Below are positions 10,007-16,486 of a DNA stretch of 24,481 bases, piece after piece; position 1 is the first letter of the stretch, and each line of letters opens with the position of its first letter. A program made the position numbers and the translations under genes. The DNA is from Bacteriovoracaceae bacterium. Lineage in GTDB: Bacteria > Bdellovibrionota > Bacteriovoracia > Bacteriovoracales > Bacteriovoracaceae. The DNA lies in the NCBI GenBank assembly GCA_049599895.1, contig JBMYPC010000036.1, positions 1-24,481 of the forward strand. Direction: 5' to 3'. The notes beneath the pieces are model-generated. The model ran no database searches, was not told the origin of the DNA, and was given only the letters and a program-made list of their open reading frames with translations.

Positions 10007-10339
10007 ATGAAGAATATCTTAATGATTGCCGTGCTCGCGCTAGCGGTTGTGGTATCAATTATTAGTCTCTCGAATAACAAACCCTATAAAACGGTATATA
10101 AAGAGGGCACGTGCCTTACTGAGAACAGACGAGACGTGGCAAGCTTTTCAAAAGACCGCACCCAGATCTACAAAGTGAAAAAGTATAAAAAGAATAGCTA
10201 TACACTTTATGCTCGGCACAGAAATGCTTGGTGGTACTTTCGTGAGATCCCAGAAAACGATCTTCTTGATCGAAGTGTTGACGTGATTAAATGTCCCGAT
10301 TTAAAACCCTCTCTACTGGAAAGTTTGAATGAAAGCTAA
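10007..10339 (+). CDS. Hypothetical exported or membrane-anchored small protein
   Basis: 110 aa with a hydrophobic N-terminus and a basic soluble part containing two Cys. Confidence 0.7.
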   Translation: MKNILMIAVLALAVVVSIISLSNNKPYKTVYKEGTCLTENRRDVASFSKDRTQIYKVKKYKKNSYTLYARHRNAWWYFREIPENDLLDRSVDVIKCPDLKPSLLESLNES

Positions 10340-10366
10340 ATCTTCTAAGCAATCTAAGTGCCTTAC

Positions 10367-10380
10367 ATGATCCAAATCAA
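10367..10380 (+). promoter_or_regulatory. Putative CRP/FNR-family binding site
   Basis: ATGAT-CCAA-ATCAA, one mismatch to TTGAT-N4-ATCAA. A -10-like TAAAAT lies at 10402-10407. Confidence 0.55.
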
Positions 10381-10443
10381 GGAAAGATCTAAAAAAGTGA
10401 CTAAAATTCTAAGATAGGAGATTCAGACTGAAAGGAGCAAGTC

Positions 10444-10638
10444 ATGAAAAGAAATGTTGGATCAGTAGATAAAATGATTCGTGTAGTTTTGGCTTTAGGG
10501 TTTTTCTCAAGCTTTTTTCTATTACAAGGAAATTTAAGGTATATCGCAGCGATTGGCTTCATTCCACTTATCACGGGAATAATTTCATTTTGTCCTCTCT
10601 ACACTTTAGTAGGGATCAAGACTTGTAAAACGAGTTAG
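10444..10638 (+). CDS. DUF2892 (YgaP-like) small membrane protein
   Basis: NVGSVDKMIR N-terminus and TGIISFCPLYTLVGIKTC C-terminus. AAGGAG RBS. Confidence 0.92.
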   Translation: MKRNVGSVDKMIRVVLALGFFSSFFLLQGNLRYIAAIGFIPLITGIISFCPLYTLVGIKTCKTS

Positions 10639-11084
10639 TCGTAGTTTCCTTGCCTTAATTTTCTTTCAACGGTTTTCTTGGCGGCATCTTGACGTTTGTC
10701 ATGCTGCTTTTTCCCTTTGGCAAGAGCAAACTCGACTTTGACTTTTGAGCTCTTAAAATAGAGGCTTGTGGGAATAAGAGTGAGCCTTTCTGCTTGGGCC
10801 CGAAGAGCGATCTTAGCGATTTCTTTCTTATGAAGAAGCAGCTTTCTTTTTCGAAACTCTTCATGGTTATGGATGTTTCCAAAGTTATAGTGAGGGATAT
10901 TCATATTTTGAATCCACACTTCACCATTTTTATCAATTGAGATAAAGGCTTCAGCAATAGAGGCCTTTCCATTTCGAAGACTTTTGACTTCGGTTCCCAC
11001 TAGCATAATTCCTGCTTCAAACTTTTCAAGTAAGAAGTAGTCGTGGCTTGCCCGTTTATGTTTTGCGATTATTTTCACACCCAT
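10635..11084 (-). CDS. smpB: SsrA-binding protein SmpB
   Basis: EAGIMLVGTEVKSLR, RKRKLLLHKKEI, AKGKKQHDKR. ATG at 11084 chosen over TTG at 11087. Confidence 0.98.
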   Translation of the reverse strand: MGVKIIAKHKRASHDYFLLEKFEAGIMLVGTEVKSLRNGKASIAEAFISIDKNGEVWIQNMNIPHYNFGNIHNHEEFRKRKLLLHKKEIAKIALRAQAERLTLIPTSLYFKSSKVKVEFALAKGKKQHDKRQDAAKKTVERKLRQGNYD

Positions 11085-11087
11085 CAA

Positions 11088-11888
11088 TTAATTATTACCA
11101 TCTTCGTACCAAAAGTTAAAGAGCCTTAAAACTTGCTCATGAGTACAGGCTTCAGCTCTGATTGTTAGGGAAACTTGGCTTTTTTCAAAGGCCTGTTTCC
11201 AGTCTTTATGAGGATAGCTTTCTTTTAAGTTTTTCATAAGCTGCTTTCTTGGGTGAGCAAAGAAATTTCGTCCAAACGCCTCGAGTTTAGGATAAATCTT
11301 AAAGTCGATGTCTGGATTATGTTTTTTTCGAAAGCTAAGGACGATGGAATCCACTTTTGGTGGAGGAGAAAAACTTCCTGGAGGAACAAGACAAAGTTTT
11401 TTCACATCAAAATAGCAATGTGACAAAAGTCCAAGTGAATTCATTTTAAACTTGGGACTGGTTTTAAGCATTTTTTCACCCATCTCTTTTTGCATCATGA
11501 GAGTCATTAAAGCGATCTTTGGATGGCAAAAGAGTTTGGCCATTAAAGGTCCTGCGATATTATAGGGGAGGTTGGAAACGAGCCAATAGGACTCATCTTC
11601 ACCTTGAAGGATTTCATTGTAATTAAACCTAAGAGCATCCCCCTGAAGAATATTTTCACTACCGACGAGGTCTGAAAGGTGTGCGATAAATTGATCATCA
11701 ATTTCAATAACCTTAAAAGGTTTATCTTTTTTTATAAGATGATTGGTAAGAACCCCTGGTCCTGGGCCAATTTCAAGAATCTTTTCGATAGCAAAAGGAG
11801 AGTTTTGATCGTCATCAATAATATCAGTCACAACTTTTTCAGATGTTAAGAAATGTTGTCCAAAGGACTTATTGGGAGTGAACTTCAT
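11088..11888 (-). CDS. rsmA: 16S rRNA adenine dimethyltransferase
   Basis: GQHFL, EIGPGPG, NLPYNI and FSPPPKVDS motifs. Confidence 0.96.
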   Translation of the reverse strand: MKFTPNKSFGQHFLTSEKVVTDIIDDDQNSPFAIEKILEIGPGPGVLTNHLIKKDKPFKVIEIDDQFIAHLSDLVGSENILQGDALRFNYNEILQGEDESYWLVSNLPYNIAGPLMAKLFCHPKIALMTLMMQKEMGEKMLKTSPKFKMNSLGLLSHCYFDVKKLCLVPPGSFSPPPKVDSIVLSFRKKHNPDIDFKIYPKLEAFGRNFFAHPRKQLMKNLKESYPHKDWKQAFEKSQVSLTIRAEACTHEQVLRLFNFWYEDGNN

Positions 11889-12976
11889 TTCGCAAGACTT
11901 TGATTAAGTTCTTTTTTATCGAGAAAGCGACCTCTGGCATCAACCCAAAGGCAATCGGGAAAAGCAACATGACTTTCAAAAGTACGAAGTCCATAATTGG
12001 CGATCATCGCTCCATTGTCTGTACAGAAACTTGGTTTTACAAGTTTGGTATTAAAATGTTTTGAAAGCTCAGCTCGAAGCCTTGAGTTGCAAGCGACTCC
12101 TCCGCCAATCACAAGGGGAAGGTCTTTATGGCCTTGCTCTTTTAAAATTTGAAAAACTTCTTCTGTTTTGAGTTTAAGAGCTTTCACGATGGCAAACTGA
12201 TAACTTGCACAGAGATCTTTAAACTCCTGACTCAGTTCAGGAACTATTTCAAGACTTACACTTTCTTTTTGAACCAGATGAGGATTCTTTTCAAGATATT
12301 GGCGAAGAGAGGTTTTGACTCCTGAGAAGCTGAGCTTACCGTCTTTTGAGCCTCGAAGCCCAATGGGAAACTCATAAGAGCTTTCATCTCCGAGCTTTGA
12401 AATTTCATCAATGATTCTCCCTGCTGGGTAGGGAAGTCCAAGGAGCTTTCCTCCTTTATCAAAAGCCTCCCCTGCAGCATCATCAATTGTGGAGCTTAAA
12501 ATTTTAAATTCAGTTGGTGAGCTCACAAGACAGAGAAGGGAATGTCCACCACTGACTAAAAGACCTACGTAAGGATAGGGGACAACTTCAGTTAAATGAA
12601 TCGCCTCAAGGTGGGCAAAGAGGTGATTCACTGTAATAAGGGGGAGCTTATGCTTAAGGCAAAGTGTCTTTGCAAAACAAAGCCCAGTTAAGAGTGGTCC
12701 TAAGAGTCCAGGTTTCGTTGTGACGGCTATGGCATCGAGTTCCGAGGCTTTTGTGTTTGAGTTATTAAGGCATTGATACACTAAAGGCCCAAGCTTTTCC
12801 ATATGGTTTCTGGAGGCAAGCTCTGGAACAACTCCTCCCCAAAACTCCAGGTCTTGAACGTAGGTATGATGGGCCTGGACAATGGGGTTTTCATTATACT
12901 CACCCGTATCGCCCTCAAGGATACAAATCGATGTGTCATCACAGCTGGTTTCAATTCCTAAGATTTTCTTTTTCAT
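11885..12976 (-). CDS. tsaD: tRNA N6-adenosine threonylcarbamoyltransferase
   Basis: ILGIETSCDDT, GGVVPELASRNH, LLVSGGH, DDAAGEAFDK and TDNGAMIA motifs. Confidence 0.97.
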   Translation of the reverse strand: MKKKILGIETSCDDTSICILEGDTGEYNENPIVQAHHTYVQDLEFWGGVVPELASRNHMEKLGPLVYQCLNNSNTKASELDAIAVTTKPGLLGPLLTGLCFAKTLCLKHKLPLITVNHLFAHLEAIHLTEVVPYPYVGLLVSGGHSLLCLVSSPTEFKILSSTIDDAAGEAFDKGGKLLGLPYPAGRIIDEISKLGDESSYEFPIGLRGSKDGKLSFSGVKTSLRQYLEKNPHLVQKESVSLEIVPELSQEFKDLCASYQFAIVKALKLKTEEVFQILKEQGHKDLPLVIGGGVACNSRLRAELSKHFNTKLVKPSFCTDNGAMIANYGLRTFESHVAFPDCLWVDARGRFLDKKELNQSLAK

Positions 12977-12989
12977 ACAATACTAATAC

Positions 12990-14642
12990 TTAGTCTGTGT
13001 CCTTTGGGCAAGCCACGGCCTTTAACTTTTTTACAAATTTGGCTTCACTAAGTTTCCCGGGAAGCCCATTATCCTGGACTTCATACCATTCTGGCGATTG
13101 ATCACTATCGTGACAACTTAGACATTTGCCTTGCATGGTTTTGTACTTCTTTTCATAGTCCACAGTTTTCTTTTCACCAGAGAAGTTCTCAAAAGGATGG
13201 TCAACATGTTTGTCATGGCAATTGAGACATTGAACATTGGCAAAATTATGGGTGATTTTGTATTTTTCTTCGAGGGCCGAAAGATCTTTAGCGATCTTTT
13301 TGGTTTGTTTTGTTGAAAGGTCTCTTACCGTCCCAGGAAAATCGAAGGCCTTATCAACTCTTCTCATGTATCGTTCAAGGTTCTTTGCTTGTTCCTGTTC
13401 ACTTAAAGCGTCGTTAACGATGGCAATCTTTTTTGAATGCCTATAACCTTTCGGATCATTATTGCCGACACTATGGCATTTAAGACAGCTCATATTATTT
13501 TCTTCTTTGGCCTTAATCAATGTCCCATAGGCAATAGAGTGAGCGGTTCCCTGCCAAAAATCACCTTGAGCTGAGTGACATTCCATACAACTATTGGCGG
13601 TGTTATAGGGGAAGACTCCATCAAGAGCATTTGATTTTTTAAAGAGTGCATCTTGTTCGGCAACTTGAATCTTTTTTAGCTCTTCTTTGTGAGCACCGAT
13701 CCAAGCAAGAAAAGGATTGGGCTTGAGTTTATCTTTTTGCTCATCTCTCATCTCATGGATCAGGTACTGATCCCCTGAGCGATCCTTCGTAAGATCAAAG
13801 ACAATTTCTCCAAGGTAATGATTACGAGAAAGGACTTGGACGATTTTTGTCTTTCCAACTTTACTAGGAGTTCTTAAAAACTTCTGTGAGTGGGCGCCAA
13901 TAATCCAATCAAACATAGGAAAAGTCTTGGCAAGCTTTCGGTCTTCTTCAAAGCCAGAATGAGAAAGAAGGATCAGCCTGTGAAATGGATTTTTCTCTTT
14001 ATAACCTTTTTTCTTAATGAGTTCTAAAACTTCATTGATCGCAATTCTTGGTGCTTTGAAATGTTTTGCATCCTCTGAGTCTCGAATCAGTGAAGGGTCA
14101 AGAACTCCTACGAGAAAAAGATTATGAGGGCCTTTTTGAATAAGATGAAATTTCTTATTCTTTGAAAAATATTTTGAGTCATCTTTGAGATTCGAAAGAA
14201 GAGTGGCAAAGTTTCTTTCTTTGATAATCTCATCAAGCTTAGCGACTCCTTCTGCAAGATCAAAATCTCCTGGCACAAAAAACTTAAGCTTCATCAGATC
14301 AAGTCCTTTAGCAAGGTTTTGCGCTTTAAAGAGAAGACTTTTTCTTAAAGAAACAGGGACATTATTTGTGTCAAAAAGAGTATCACCTGTATCCACATAA
14401 AATGTGGGATGATCAGATTGAATCTCATGAACTTTCCCTGCAAATTGCGGAAGTCCACCAAGAGGATGATGACGGCAACCACAAGGGTGGGTCTCACCTA
14501 AAATGTTATGGGAAAAAACTAAAGAAAGTTTTTTGTCCTCGATATTTGTGACGGAAAATTCAGGATCTCCAAAGGTCTCTATAAAGTAGGAACAAGAGGC
14601 GCTAAAGAGAATCAGAAGAGTTAAAAAGAAACGTGTTTTCAT
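12990..14642 (-). CDS. Lipoprotein: UshA/5'-nucleotidase-like metallophosphoesterase domain fused to a c554-like tetraheme cytochrome c
   Basis: Lipobox-like FSASC. PCGC...GGL, DTGD, LSHSG and GAHS motifs. Four CXXCH: CMECH, CLKCH, CLNCH, CLSCH. Confidence 0.85.
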   Translation of the reverse strand: MKTRFFLTLLILFSASCSYFIETFGDPEFSVTNIEDKKLSLVFSHNILGETHPCGCRHHPLGGLPQFAGKVHEIQSDHPTFYVDTGDTLFDTNNVPVSLRKSLLFKAQNLAKGLDLMKLKFFVPGDFDLAEGVAKLDEIIKERNFATLLSNLKDDSKYFSKNKKFHLIQKGPHNLFLVGVLDPSLIRDSEDAKHFKAPRIAINEVLELIKKKGYKEKNPFHRLILLSHSGFEEDRKLAKTFPMFDWIIGAHSQKFLRTPSKVGKTKIVQVLSRNHYLGEIVFDLTKDRSGDQYLIHEMRDEQKDKLKPNPFLAWIGAHKEELKKIQVAEQDALFKKSNALDGVFPYNTANSCMECHSAQGDFWQGTAHSIAYGTLIKAKEENNMSCLKCHSVGNNDPKGYRHSKKIAIVNDALSEQEQAKNLERYMRRVDKAFDFPGTVRDLSTKQTKKIAKDLSALEEKYKITHNFANVQCLNCHDKHVDHPFENFSGEKKTVDYEKKYKTMQGKCLSCHDSDQSPEWYEVQDNGLPGKLSEAKFVKKLKAVACPKDTD

Positions 14643-14693
14643 AGGCTTATTTAATCACAAAAGCCTAAAGTTTTCATGCGGAGGTAAGGCTGG

Positions 14694-15488
14694 CTACAGT
14701 TTTTTCAGTAATGCCTTGGCCTTCTTAATATTTTTACTTTTAGGGAACTCGCTAATTAAAGTTGATAAAGTTGCTTTGGCTTCATCAAGTTTCTTTGAGC
14801 GCTCAAAAGATTTCGCCATAAAAAAGAGACCATTATGATTATAATTCGACTTTGGAAACTCTGAGTAAAGCTTTGAAAAGTAAACTAGAGCATTTTGGTC
14901 CTTTTTAAGGATGTGCTCGGACATTCCAAGATTATGCAGAACTCGGGCCCTTTTACTGCCTTTAATACTTTTTGTGTTGAGAAGGGCCAAAAGCTTTGTT
15001 CGGGCAGTTTTGTAATGACCTTTTTTATAAGATCGCATGGCATCGTCATATTTTGATAATTTCTTTTGAGGAGCCTTTTTTACAGTCTTCTTTGAGGTGA
15101 GGGCCTCAAGTTTTTTAAGAACATCTTTTAAGTATTTATTATTGGCATTGGCCGTGGCCTGAATTTTAGAAATCTTTTCTTTTTGTGAGGCAAGTTCTGT
15201 TTCAATAACAGTTGATTTCTCTTCGAGAAGTTTTATTCTGGCATCAAGACTTTCCCCTTCGCTTTGAAGTTTTGTTTGGTTTTGGTAGTTCACCTCTTCA
15301 AGCTTTCCCTGAAGTTCCTGAACTTGGTTTCTCAAACTATCAAACTCGACACTCGAGTTCGCGGCCAAAGACTGGGATTGCTTAACTTGTATGGCCAGGT
15401 TATCGACCATTTGCTCACGCTGAATTTGTTCTTGAGTTTTACAAGCTCCGAGTAGAGTAATCGCAATAAGAGCGATAAGGATTTTCAT
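14694..15488 (-). CDS. cpoB: CpoB/YbgF-like coiled-coil plus TPR lipoprotein
   Basis: Lipobox LLGAC, long coiled-coil, C-terminal TPR helices ending in EFPKS. Lies downstream of pal. Confidence 0.72.
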   Translation of the reverse strand: MKILIALIAITLLGACKTQEQIQREQMVDNLAIQVKQSQSLAANSSVEFDSLRNQVQELQGKLEEVNYQNQTKLQSEGESLDARIKLLEEKSTVIETELASQKEKISKIQATANANNKYLKDVLKKLEALTSKKTVKKAPQKKLSKYDDAMRSYKKGHYKTARTKLLALLNTKSIKGSKRARVLHNLGMSEHILKKDQNALVYFSKLYSEFPKSNYNHNGLFFMAKSFERSKKLDEAKATLSTLISEFPKSKNIKKAKALLKKL

Positions 15489-15510
15489 TCAAACCTACCT
15501 TGGGTGAAGT

Positions 15511-15810
15511 TTAATAATTATCGAGAGTTTTCTTTCTTACTGATTTAAATTCAGCCTGTTCAGAAAATTTCTGTGAAAGGATAGCATATTGCTTGGCCTT
15601 ATTGAAATACTTGCGGCGATAACTGGACTTGGCTTTGAGGTAATAATATTCGGCTTTTCTAAAGAGTGCGGGGGCGAGAACTTGAGCTTTGGCCCTTTTG
15701 GCTGCGATGAACGCTGATTGGGCCAAGCTCATTTCGAGTTTGGGGCGCGTGGTAGTTAAGCCACAGCCCCATAAGCAAACGAGAACGGCAAGGAGGATCT
15801 TCCTTGTCAT
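15511..15810 (-). CDS. DUF4398-like small helical lipoprotein
   Basis: Lipobox LWGC. Ala-rich helical AAKRAKAQVLAP...KAE pattern. Adjacent to an OmpA-domain gene. Confidence 0.7.
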   Translation of the reverse strand: MTRKILLAVLVCLWGCGLTTTRPKLEMSLAQSAFIAAKRAKAQVLAPALFRKAEYYYLKAKSSYRRKYFNKAKQYAILSQKFSEQAEFKSVRKKTLDNY

Positions 15811-15828
15811 AGACGCTTACACTTCGAA

Positions 15829-16350
15829 TTACTTTTCAGTAATAACGAAGTTTCCTCTTCTGTTTTGGCTCCATGAACTTTCGTCATGTCCAAAAGCAAG
15901 TGGTCTTTCTTTACCAAAAGAAATTGTTCTTACTCGGTTTGATTCAACACCAAGAGCTGTTAAGTATTTTTTAATCGACTTCGCACGCTTGTCACCAAGA
16001 GCGATGTTGTACTGAATTCCACCTCTTTCGTCACAATGTCCTTCAACATCAATTTTGACTGATGGGTTGGCCTTAAGCCATTCAGCATTTCCTTTAAGAG
16101 TGTCTCTTGAAGCAGAAGTTAAGCTTGAAGAGTTAAACGCGAAGTATACGGTCTTGAGTGTTCCAGCTTTTCCAGAATCACTGTCTGACATAAGAGCGAT
16201 TGATGAAAGGTCAGTACTTCCAGCTCCAGAAGATGACACGTTTGGTTGACCCGCATCAGATGCGCCTTTTTTCTTTTTTGACTGACAACCTGTTAATGCC
16301 AATGTTGAGATAAGTACGAGTACAAGTGAATAGTACCAGGACTTTTTCAT
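15829..16350 (-). CDS. pal: Peptidoglycan-associated lipoprotein
   Basis: Lipobox LTGC, VYFAFNSS, EGHCDERG, YNIALGDKRA, SFGKERP and NRR motifs. AAGGAG RBS. Confidence 0.95.
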   Translation of the reverse strand: MKKSWYYSLVLVLISTLALTGCQSKKKKGASDAGQPNVSSSGAGSTDLSSIALMSDSDSGKAGTLKTVYFAFNSSSLTSASRDTLKGNAEWLKANPSVKIDVEGHCDERGGIQYNIALGDKRAKSIKKYLTALGVESNRVRTISFGKERPLAFGHDESSWSQNRRGNFVITEK

Positions 16351-16486
16351 GAAATGCTCCTTATTTATATTTATAGATTAAATTATTTAACGACTAACTT
16401 TAATTAGTTATGCGGTTTAAATTCGCTAAATCAAATAATTACAACACAGTTATGATAAAGCAAAAAATAGTAGAAGGAAAACTTGA

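Noticed and set aside
10339..11090. tmRNA gene near smpB
   Set aside because: No intergenic space of suitable size and no tRNA-like ends seen.
12605..12635. TsaD motif NHLFAH instead of the usual NHxExH
   Set aside because: Both metal-binding His and all other motifs are intact, so this is likely lineage variation rather than a pseudogene.
14460..14490. Selenocysteine recoding in the UshA-like gene
   Set aside because: The relevant codon is TGC and the frame is uninterrupted.
16351..16486. Near-palindromes in the pal divergent region (TAACTTTAATTAGTTA)
   Set aside because: Imperfect and expected by chance in very AT-rich sequence.
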